DNA of 49,112 nt from Amoebophrya sp. A120 (Eukaryota > Protista > Dinoflagellata): positions 32,576-81,687 of the forward strand of contig CAJINV010000023.1 of the NCBI GenBank assembly GCA_905178155.1, written 5' to 3'. Each line of letters begins with the position of its first letter. Within the stretch, counting starts at the first letter, position 1. The translations under genes were made by a program, and so were the position numbers. This document shows, piece after piece, positions 22,660 to 34,300 of this stretch. The notes under the pieces are model-generated. The model saw nothing but the letters and a program-made list of their open reading frames with translations. It did no database searches and was not told the origin of the DNA.

Positions 22660-24780
22660 GACGAGTACGAGATAGATCGAGTCTATTTTACTGCACAAAC
22701 ATAGAGACGACCCTCGCGACATAATCTAGTTAAACCACGAAAAGGACGATTTTATCTTCGAACAATACAGATAGTAAGTACGAGTACCTGCACCGCACTA
22801 TGGTTGTTCGACTAAGGATAGGAAAATGGTTTCACCTGCTTTTTTAGTAACGCTCTACGCGACAACGTGCTGCTATCACGCAAACGGATTGGAATTCTGT
22901 ACTTGTTGCGCATATTATGCTATGACTACGTGAAGGGTGGATATAGGACCAGTGCGCTTGTTGGCCTACACCTTGCGTTGAAAAGAATCGAATGAAAGAC
23001 TGGGAGTGAAGTCACATACAACGCGACCCGCATCTAATAGCGATAATTGATGATGGACAAGCAACATACTTTTGAATTGGCAAAAGCGATATGTTGTGCA
23101 AGAATTTAAATTTGGAAAAGCAGGCCGAGCGCTGCTGCTGGTGTGTTCATTTCAGAGGAAAAAGCAAGCCGTTCTACTTTGTTCCTACGGATGTAAGTAG
23201 GAACTAAGCGACTTCAACAACAAGCGGATCCCTCTGCTCTCGTCATCATCTGCACTTTGCAGAAGCACCCCTGCCCTGTTGATGATGATGAGCTAGATGT
23301 AGAAAAAGATGATTGCGGCTTCTGTAGTGCCGGTGTAAGAATGATGCTGATATTAAAGGTGGTGTGAAGGTGATGGTGAAGTGGCATGCTCAGCGATGTG
23401 AGAACTCAACTAGGCGCAAGCAAGCGACTGAATCATGATCATTATTTCCCGATTTGACGCGGACAAGAGAAAGACTTGTTGAAAAGAGGAGTCCACGCGG
23501 CGGACAAGATCCACCTGTTGCTGGCGCACAGCAAAGAGGCTTCTTTCCCAATTTTTTGCCTCGAAGTGGATAGGATCATCCAGTACGGTTAGTTCTTTGA
23601 GGTACTCCTGCACTAGAAGGATGGTGTGCAAACTTGTTCCATGGATGTGGTTTTTTTAGCCACGCACGTGCGCAGTTGTTTCATTGATTGATGTGCTGGC
23701 TTCAATAGCCACCGCATTTTTTCCATCTAGTAGAGGACGAACAATGTTGTTCCATCCGTACATACGTACACAGCACGCTGTTGGTTGAATTCACCATCAT
23801 TCTCAATGTTGCCGAATATCAACCTCCTGCTTGCAGTCCAAATTGATCGAAAAAAAATAGGAAAGGATAGAGGTTGTCATGTGCTAAGAAACTTGTGCTT
23901 CTTATGCTATGTTGCCTTAGCCTTCCCGTATCATTCTAAAAGGAGTACTACATGACCAGCCTTTAAAAACGACGCACTACATGACCATCAAGAACAAAAA
24001 AAAACTAACGAAAACAAACAAAAAAACAACAAAAAAACGGTATGTTTTGAAAGTAGGCCATCTTATTCTTATCTCAGCATTGGCTTTTACTTCTTCACAT
24101 ACGAAACTAAAAACGGCGACACTACTTTTGCTCGTGGTTCACAATAAAAATCATTCGGATTCGGCGACAAACAAAAGAACTATCGTATCTATCAACCTCC
24201 CAGAGTAGTAGTATTTAGTTGATGTTGCGCACTCGTGTGTAAAGTATTCCGCACCGCAACTGGATTCATTCGAAATACTTTTTCGATTAATATTTATTAG
24301 GAGGTACCTGCTCTCAGCAAGAAGAGTTTACGAGTTTTCTGTGGCTTGTGAAAGTTTCTGCTAGGCAATATATTTTTTTTTTCAAAACGTGTTGCCGTCT
24401 CACTCGAGGGGGCAGCGTAGTTTTGGATATATATTCGAAAGTATATTTTGTGTCTATGTTAAACTTCAAAGTTCGATTTTTGGTCTTCCTAGTACGCCGC
24501 ACTTTGCTCTTCTCACAAAATCAATAAAGGTAGAACATCAAGAACTAGTAAGTAAGTGTTGCCTATTACGGCTACAGCAGCACCTCGGTTTTCCGTCGCA
24601 AAAAAGTCATTCTATACTTGTTCTTTTTTTGTTCCAATTTATCGAGTTCAGATGTTGAAAACTCAAAAGGAAAACTAGTAAAGAGCCAGTAATGATAGCA
24701 CAACCAATTCCTCCCAAAAAATTACCTTTTGTTTCTTTCTGCGGTACGACCTTATTGATACTGACAGATAATTTATTCTT

Positions 24781-24810
24781 TTTGTTTGTTTGTTTGTTTG
24801 TTTGTTTGTT
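24781..24810. repeat. (TTTG)n microsatellite
   Basis: About 7 tandem TTTG units in AT-rich intergenic DNA. Confidence 0.9.
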
Positions 24811-25379
24811 CTCATGCGGGAAGGTGGGAACGCGTTTACACACCTTTTTCCTCTAGCGCTACTTCAAGAAAAATCCCTGTTTCGAAAGCCTGTGAAAAAA
24901 GGACAACAACTAAAACCACTTTTCCTACAACCATTGAAAAAAGACATTTATTTTATCGGTTGTGTCAGGTAATAGTTCTCGCGTATTGTTTCTGATCTAA
25001 AGTAGATTTTTTTGCGATTTTTCGAAGGGCAGCTGCACCGACTGGAGCAGGATCAGTTGTATTCATCCGATTCGGTCCAGTTGCTGTGTTGTTTCTCCGA
25101 ACCTGTCGAGTTAGTATTGATGTACTACACCCTTTTCGTAGAACGACAGTGTTTCTATTTTACTTTTCCGTTGTCGACCAACTAGATTCGGTGAATTACA
25201 TTTCACATCGCCTTTATATTTATTCTTCAACAATACGTCGACTTCTGAGTATTACCGACAACTAAGAGCTGCCCCAAACTACCTTTATCACTACGTATGA
25301 TTTTTATCAGTTTCGAAAATAAATTCTACACCCCAAGTATTTACCACGTACAACTACCTGATTTATTTTCCCAAGTCAA

Positions 25380-28300
25380 ATGGCGATGAACAGTGAGTCG
25401 AATTCGACCTTCCCGCGGACAACTACGCGGGGCGGGCCGCCCCCGCCGCGTTTATGCATTGCAAATATGTCTGGGTCTGGACGAATGCAACCTGTGATGC
25501 TACCTTTGGATTTTACATAAAATCTGTATTGCATGATGAACAGCATAAAAGGTCCAGTTTTTCGCTACGCGAAGAGGGAATTTCTCATGCGGTATGGGCA
25601 TCAGAAAGTCCTCGCAGAGTCTGTGATGCTACGGCTTGCATCACAGCCATCGTGAGTCATGCAAAATCTGCATGACAAACTTCCAGACCCCGACATATTT
25701 GCATTTGATAGCGTTCGTCCGCAAACAATAACCTACAGCCCGACACCAGTGCCGAGGACTTCTTGCCCACCCCCATCACCTCCTCGAAATTTTCGCCGCC
25801 CACTTCGAAGCCCGCGAACCTACTTTCAATACCGCCGCTTCAAACTACCGCGAAAAGCAGCGGTGGTGGTACTCGGGGTCCTTTTGGGGTGGGGAAGGCC
25901 AAACCTAGTAGCGTCTTTGGAGGAGGAGGAGGAGGAGGAGGTATCCTGTGCAAAAGTATCGTATTTGTAGAAATGCAAGTCTTGCATTACAGATCTTTTT
26001 CTTACGGGAAATCAGCATTACAAATTTTATTTCTGACGCTGAGGAAATTTGCAATGCGTTTATACGAGTGCGATACTTTTGCAGTTCATAGGAGGAGGAG
26101 GACTGGCGTCCTCGCGGGGCCTCGTCGGTCCTCCCGGTGGTCTCGTGCATGCTGAAGGTGCTCATGCTGCTGGTGCTGATCCTGCATCTCTCGGCGATCG
26201 CAAGAAATTTATCCACTGGGCAAATCATGTGTGGTCTGGGTCTGGAATGAAAAAAAGTGGAACAAGTACTTTTGCAACGCTGGTCGGCTACTTCTTGCAT
26301 AATTCTTGCAGAGCCTCCTGTGCCTGTATTGCATAAGCCCCCACCTCTGTTATGTTTTTCACGTCGCAATAAAACGCAGTTTCTAGTACTAATTGGAGCC
26401 ACGAATGACAATAAAGTGTTCTACTGAGAAGTAAGTAAAAATAATCTGCTGTCGTGCTTGGCCACACTAAAAATTGTTGGTTTATTCGTCCAACGGAGCT
26501 CAGTGTCACAAGTTCAAATTTCAGAGCCAGATTGATCTTTCTGTATGCATAAGATCGTGGGAGACCGATGAGTTTTTGGTTCCGATCAAGAAGTCTGATG
26601 ATGCAGCCCAACAGAGAACTAACGTCAAAGGCATTGGAGGAAACAAACGCGAGCGGGCTGTTGACCACGATCGTACTGAAGACGATAGCATCGCCACAGC
26701 CGCGAAACGGGTCTTTACTGGAAAAGGAAAAGGAAAAGGTAAGGAATGAATTTTTCTCTTGCATAAAGCTGCCAATAAGTAGTCCGGGTAGACAACTAGC
26801 TACGTTCTTGAGTAAGTTGTAGGTGTAATAATAAGTTGTAAAGTATTAAACCAATCCCGCCGAACCACATTCTGATAACAAATGACGCTGGAGGTTTATG
26901 TATTTCTGACACGTCATGCTCATGCCTCATGGTGTAATTGAAAAGGACATGTTGTTGAAGAGTGGAAAAACAAAAATTGTATCTGACCACAGGCAAGCCA
27001 TCGTTCGCAACTATAGAGGAGTATGGCAGTGTCAGGATCGAAGTCGACAGTTGAAAAAAATTGTATAATGCATAAAATGCAGCAATCATGCACAGACTGC
27101 CTGTGTAGTTGGAGGGCACGCAAATGAGGGCGATTTTTGTATACAAGGCCGTTTCTTTGGGTCTATTGCGGATAGAGCTGCTATTAAAGTATTGTATGAA
27201 AAATAAAGATGCTTGCTTTGTCCTCCAAACAGAATGACAAAGTGGAGCTATAAATTTGTCATCATGCGCCGGCGCTTGGACTACTAAGTGGTGGTGTCGA
27301 CTTTATGCATTGGAAATTATTTGCTCTTTCAGCTTTGTCGATTTCGATCCTGACGGCTCGATATTTTACAAATGGCTTTTGACAGTGCGATTTGGGGAAC
27401 CTTTACTCAAAAATTCGGTTCCGCTGGGAAGGAGGGCGGGAAGCCGACCTGTAAAGGAGGAACCGCGAACTACGCTTCTGGGCAAGGTAAGGAAAAGGAA
27501 TTGTTAGAAGTTTTTTCTCATGCATAAGGATAAGCATCAAAGCCCTCCCTCTCCGAAGTTGTACTAGTAAGAATTACGGTTTTGAGTAACAAGTCGCAGA
27601 TGTAGAAGTGTGGAATATATGTTGTTGTGAACCAAGCCGGGTTCATCTTGGCATATTCTTCAAGCGAATCCACACGAAGATGCGTGCGTCATGGTATTGA
27701 AGAGTGAAAATTTTTGAATCATCTCACTACAGGCCCCCCGCTATCGTCCACTACTTCGGGGAGTTGTTTTGGTCCTACTTCTGCCGCGACTACACAGAAA
27801 GGCGGGGCAGCTAGTACTAGTGCGGCTTGGAGAGCGATGCCGAAAACAACTGCACAACCTCCTCCCATCGTTTATGGCGTTCTCAAATGTTTTTACACTC
27901 TCAACTGTTACATGGTTTGTCATGCAGACCATCATAATCGACGCGATCAAGCTACTTCGCATGACAAACTCCCGAAATTATGCGAAACAGGCTGAGAATC
28001 TGTGCCAAGTCTGTCATGCAAGATGCGGAAGGTCACGGCTTTCACTTTTGCCATTCTTGCGTCACAAATTCATGTAACAGTTGAGAATGTAACAGTTGAG
28101 AACGCCATATCGTTTTTGGTGGCTATGCTCCTGTGGATCATCCTCCTCCCGTGACGTTTCCAACCGGCTGTGAGGATTGCAGTGGTGCCCCTGTAGGAGG
28201 TGTCCAGAATGCAACCACATCAGGTGAACAATCGTTTCACCAGCCGGCCAAGTCTACTAGCAACGTCGATCCCGCCCAGCAGGCCATGGACAGCTACGTT

Positions 28301-31300
28301 CCACCTACGCAAAAGAGCCAAGACCCCAACCCGGTCCCAGAGCCAGAACCACCGCTGCAGCATCTTCGTGGTCGTGACGAAACTCGGACCGAATCCAGAG
28401 ACTCGCGACGCCGCGCATCGTATCAAATGCAAATATGCTCTGGGTCTGGAAGAGTGCTAGTTTGTCATGCTTGTCTGGCATGACTTTAGAATCTGTGATG
28501 CATGAGCAGGAGAAGGGGCTCTTGCCTGTCATGCAAAAACGCAGTTTGTCATGCGCAGGAAGAAACACACTGCAGCGCGAAAACTTGTCATGCTGGGCTG
28601 CATATTGCAGCGCGCCCACAATTCGTAGATTTGCATCACAAGTTTCCAGACCCAGAGGACATATTTGCAATGCATACATCGCGCCGCGCCGACGGCGCGG
28701 GACGGGACGAACGAGGGAAGACAAGGGGCCGCAGTCGTAGAAGTGCCTCGCGTCATATGCAATTCAAAAGTTGTATCGAATTCGAAAGTACTCATTTTGG
28801 TTTGCATAGTTTTAGGAACAAAAATGAAGGGAAGCACAAAAATGGATTTTGCAATGCCACACTGGGAAGATTCGACAGGAAATCAGTTTCAGAATCAGAT
28901 GTCGCACCGTCTGTCATGCATCAATGCAATGAGTATTAAATGTATGCCCGGGCAGCAGCAGGCTAGCGAGCCTGTGAGCCTAGGCTGAGGATGGTCGGGC
29001 GGTATTTTATGCCCGTGTCCGCCCTCAGCCCTTNGCTGAGGATGGTCGGGCGGTATTTTATGCCCGTGTCCGCCCTCAGCCCTTTAGTTTACGGTAGCCA
29101 GGACTTGAGAAGATTAGTCAGGACAACCCACCGAATTTCGGGGTGGTATTTGTTCGCCTTCTCTTGTTCCCAGGGAGTAACGCCCCTGCCGTTGGTAGTA
29201 AGTCTCGTTTGGCCCGCTTTGCGGATGATCGTTTGGCCCGCTTTGCGGATGATTGGCCCGCTTTGCGGATGATTATTTGGCCCGCTTTGCGGATGATTAT
29301 TGGCCCGCTTTGCGGATGATTATTTGGCCCGCTTTGCGGATGATTGTTTGGCCCGCTTTGCGGATGATTGTTTGGCCCGCTTTGCGGATGATTTGGCTTC
29401 CGCTTGTCGGAAATTTTGGCTTCCGCTTGTCGGAAATTTTGGCTTCCGCTTGTCGGAAATTTTGGCTTTCCGCTTGTCGGAAAATTTGGCTTCCGCTTGT
29501 CGGAAATTTTGGCTTCCGCTTGTCGGAAAATTTGGCTTCCGCTTGTCGGAAATTTTGGCTCCGGCCTTTCGCAAGTTCTGGCTTTCGCTTGTCCGAAGGT
29601 CTAGCTTGGTCCGCTGCGCGGGAATTTTGGATTCCGTAGGTCGGAATATTTCTCGTTGCCAGCTATTTATGCGGGATAGGTGTTGTTTGGCCGTTCTGTC
29701 CTCGGGACAAGGAACGGCGATCGGTCTCGCTTTGCGATGGGAGGAGGGGTCGTTTGGCACTGGCGGTTCGAACCCGTTACCCTTGCGAACTTTCTCCCTG
29801 ACTAGAGCGCTGGACTTCGTTGGATCTGTTGTGAGATAAATATCCGGACTTCCCCTCCCATCGCTATGCGAGACCGAGACTCCGTTTGGTTTGCTATGGG
29901 GCTATGCTAAGCCTGGGCGATCGTGGTTTTTCGTTCTACTTGGCGGACCCTTCTCATAGGCCCGCGTCTTAGTCTATCGGCCCATTGTTCAGCCCGTCGT
30001 CGTTCGTTGCTACGCCTTCATCGATGGGGCGCACCGGTTTCCCAAATTCATCTACTGGTCGCAAGCGCCGCAGCGGGTTCTTTGGGATGCTTCGGCGTAT
30101 CCGGCCTCCGCCGGTGGGTCAGGTGCTCCATCTCCCTGGGCGCCTCGACGACGTGGTGGGGGACTGCTCCCACCGAGCGGCCATCCATTGGGTGGCCCGT
30201 CTGCGGTAACAGCATAAAATTAGCACCAAAAATACGAAGATGCTTTTGCAAAGGATAGGTCGCGGCCACGACTGCAAGCCGCGAAACTACAGAAACAACG
30301 ACCGTGAGGTTGGTGGCACCAGCCCAAACCGGATATTAACTTATCAAGTGTAAAAGTGTCTGGGTCTGGAAACTTGTGATGCTGGGGGGCGTCTCATGAT
30401 GAGGCCACAAATGCTGGCTCAGCATGACAAGTTTCTGAGCTTCTAGGTGTTGCCTATTCTGCATGACAAACTGCGCTCCTGCATCAGAGAAAAATGGCGC
30501 TCTTGGGTAACGTGCGTGACAGATTTAAGAGTCATGCCAGACAAGCATGACAAACATGCATTCTTCCAGACCCAGACACTTTTGCATTTGATATAACTCC
30601 GCTCGGAAGAACTACGAAGAGCGTGCATCGTCGACGGGCGTCGAGTATCCTGTGCAAAAGTATCGTACTCGTATTGCAATCATGCATTACAAATCGTTTT
30701 CTTAAGGTAAATCCGCACTACAAACTTTATTTCTCATGCTGAGGAAATTTGTAATGCCTCCATACGAGTGCGATGCTTTTGCAATGCATATCGAGCAATA
30801 GGAATCCGAGGAACTACACTGCTAGAAATGCGAGCAGGAGAGCTCCTGCGAGCAGGAGAAATACCCGAGGACGCGGCGACAAATCGCTCGGAGGAAGCAA
30901 AATGCGGCGTCGAGACCGTTCTGCGTCGAAACCACGCAGCCCCCGACGGTATCAAACAAAAAAAGTTCGTCACGAAGATCACTCATGCGCATTCTTGCAT
31001 ATATACGAAGCTGTCTTTCATGCGTAGAAATGCATCACAATTCTCGAATGTCACACACGACAATCTCTCGTCTGTTTGTGTAATAAAATGCAAGAAGAAG
31101 CTCCGACGCTAGAAAAATTTGTGATGCAAAGCCTGCAACTGTAGTGATTTTGACGAGCCTTTTTCTATTTCTTTCCATAGAGGGCGTCGAGACCGTAGTG
31201 CGTCGAAACAAGGCTGCTCCCGGGGACCACGCCTGGACAGAGGTAAATCCACGCGCGGACCACGACGCGAGGCCGGGCGTACACCAGTCCACCGCGGCCA

Positions 31301-34300
31301 CGACAAGGTACTACTACTGGAAGATATCCTGCGTAAAAACCTTTCCACCTCATAGTCACGTTGGGACAGCTGCAACACAAATCCTGGAGTTTATGGAGCC
31401 ACGCATGATAAATTGCAGTCGTCCATTGCCTAGTGCAGGCTCGCAAGGGCAGCCGCATTACATCCATCTGCTTTTATTTATCCTGTTTACAGCATTACAA
31501 ATCCTAAAACAGGCTGGACATACACCATTCCACCGCGGCCACGACAAGGTGCTACCACTGGAACAGCAAGACGGCTGCGACTCGGTGGTGCCGCTTATCA
31601 AATGCAAATATCATGGGGTCTGGAGGAGTGTAGATATCCGTGATGCAGTTTTTACCCAGCCCAGATCGTCTGGCATGTAAGACCTAGCATCACAGATTCC
31701 GAGCAGGTATCCCAATGCCTAGTCAGCATGACAACTGCCCCCTTTCTGTGACAGGAAGTGCGGCCTTTTGCTTACCATGCATGACAGATTTTCTCATGAT
31801 GTAGAATTTGCATCACAAGTTTGCATCCTTCCAGACCCAGACATATTTGCAATCCATACCGCGCCCCTTCGCGCAAGACGGCTGCGACTCGGTGGTGCCG
31901 CGCCCCTTCGGGGACGGTCATCCACCCTGTGGACCGGTGAAAACGTGGACGCGACGAGTATTATTTCGGTTCGCTGTGACGTGAAGTTGAAAATGTGAAA
32001 TACTGTCGCGCTTCAGTTACTAGTCAAGTCTGAGTCATTGTCATGCACAGCAAAAAGAAATGTCTCTAGTGCTTTGCAGCTTGTTCAACATCGAAATTTT
32101 TTTGTTCCGATGAGAATTAAGTATTATGATGTGGCCTTGTCGTATTAAAATTGGTTTCGGTGAGCAAGTGCAATGCATTGCACATTGAAATTGACCGCAC
32201 TCTTTATACAAAATACGAATTCCAAACAAAAGAAGCAGAACAGAAGATGTAGATCGCACAACATCCAAAAACTTTTCTAGCGCCCGCCGTCTTATGAACT
32301 GCAAAAGTATCGTACTAGTAGTAATCGCATTACAAATTAGCTCAGCATGACAAATGGAATCTGTAATGCTGTTTTACCTTGAGATGAAAATTTGTATTGC
32401 ATGACTACGATTACTACAAGTGCGATACTTTTGCGCAGGATACGTCTGCTCCAGCGAGAGGACAAGGGAATGAAGCCGGTGGCGACGTTTTTCTATGCAC
32501 TGCAAAAGTATCGCACTCGTAGAGATGCATAAACAAATTTGAATTTCCTGCTCAGCATGATCAATAAAATGAATTTTTTAGTGCGGATTTACCTTAAGAA
32601 AGCGATTTGTCATGCGTGACTGCAATTTGTCACTACGAGTGCGATGCTTTTCCAGTTCATACTTTCGAGCAGCTGACGAGCCGCGACCTGTGACTTCGGC
32701 CGCCACGCGCCCAGAGCGCCGGAACATTCGACCGGATGAGTCCTCCCGGGGCAGAAATGCACGTAAGAATGACTCCCGGGGGCAGGAGCAGGAGCGGGGC
32801 CGATCCCGTGCGGCGCCGCGGGAACGTGACGAAAATCGTGTGGAGACGTCAAATGAATCATCTTCGCGAGGCAGTAGCTATCGTGGACGGGGACGAAGAT
32901 CTTCACGTCGTGTGGTGGAAGCCCCCTCCCAAGAACCGGGGCGTGGCCCCCGACGGGCACGTAGTCGTGCGACTCCTTACCGTATGCATTGCAAATATGT
33001 CCTCTGGGTTTCTTGGAAGTAGACTGCAAGATCTGTCATGCATCTCGCGGACCACGTGCATGGTGATGGTCTGGCATGCACGCAGAACCAGAAGCATAAC
33101 AGATTTTGCAAGACCTTCCTAACAATGCCCATTCCGTAGTGGCAAACGCGCCTGGCGCCTACCAAGAAGTCTTTCATGCAACACAGATTCATTTTCTTGT
33201 GTTCGAGATTTCGCATGACAAGTTCCAACTTATCGAGACCCAGACCTATTTGCAATGCACATACCGCAGGGAAGCGAGCCGCGACGCGGACAGCACGGGT
33301 GATCAAGAAAACCGAGCTGCCGGGGAGCACCAGCCGCAAGACGTCGACCGGAAGGAACAAGAGCAGGAAAAAACCAGAGCTGTTTTGCGGAAGAGCATCA
33401 CGAAGCTACCCTTGCGGGACGTGAGTGCGGAGCAGCGGGACACGTTGAAGAAAGATGTCTGCCGCCGTTCGAAGAGCCACGTGAACGCCGAGGAGGTGGA
33501 AGACATGCGGGACCGAATCAACACGCAAGTGGAGGACGGACCCACGGGCCCCCGCGATCTGGCTGACCGCATGGAGTTATCAAATGCAAAAATGTTTGGG
33601 TCTGGAAGGTTGGAACTTGTGATGCTAGCTTTGGACTCTGAAAAAATCTGTATTGCGTGACCACCAAGAGGAGTCTAGTTGGTGCTACGCGGGGAGGGCA
33701 TTCGTCATGCGGAGTAGGCATCAGGGAGCCCTCCAAAAATCTGTGATGCTAGGGCGTGCATTGCCGACGTCCTGGGTCATGCAAAAGATGCACGACAGAC
33801 CCGGCAACATTCCAGACCCAGACACTTTTGCATTTGATAGGCGTATCCCATGTTTTTCACCCCGGTCGACGAGTCCGGGAAAAACGGAATGCGAAAATCA
33901 GAGATTCGAAGACACTGCGAAAAGCAACGCAAGGAACTGGACGAGGAAACGTATCGGCAGCGTGTTGTATTATGACAGTGCACAACTCCACCTCCCCCTC
34001 ATTTGTCATGCAGAATGTCAAATCCAGTTGCTACCCGGTGGCACTATCTGCATCACAAATTTTGGAAGCCCAAACAGTACTACACTCAGGGCATGAACTT
34101 GTCATGCATACCATCCGCCTGTGTTGGTGTTTGTATTGCTGTCCATGCATATACAAATGAGGGGGAGGGCGGGGAGTTGTGCACTGTCATATATATCCCA
34201 TGTAGACCAAACTTGAATCATCACCGGAAGAAGTCGAAGTCTCGTGCAATGCGGATGCGGAGCATGCACGTCTACTATCATTTGAAGTTATATACAGTAG

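Larger units (their letters stand above)
28756..30257. mobile_element. Degenerate family B-like introner expanded to 1.5 kb by nested sequence (spans an assembly N)
   Basis: tatgcaattcaaaagttgtatcg ... gatgcttttgcaaaggata; TSD degenerate (CGTCA/GGTCG); the frame is restored on removal. Confidence 0.55.

Noticed and set aside
17580-22675. Many short ORFs with recurring peptides such as CKSVWVWK, FQTQTFLHLI and LQKYRTR, suggesting a protein family
   Set aside because: These are translations of introner TIRs in different frames, not genes.
23410-23631. 73-aa minus-strand ORF as a gene between the two + strand genes
   Set aside because: Short, no ATG start or homology cue, and no supporting exon structure identified.
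28984-29084. Exact 50-bp tandem duplication
   Set aside because: The copies are separated by a single N, typical of an unmerged contig overlap in scaffolding.
29700-29790. tRNA gene suggested by GGTTCGAACCC
   Set aside because: No convincing acceptor, D or anticodon stems could be built; only a B-box/T-loop-like motif is present.
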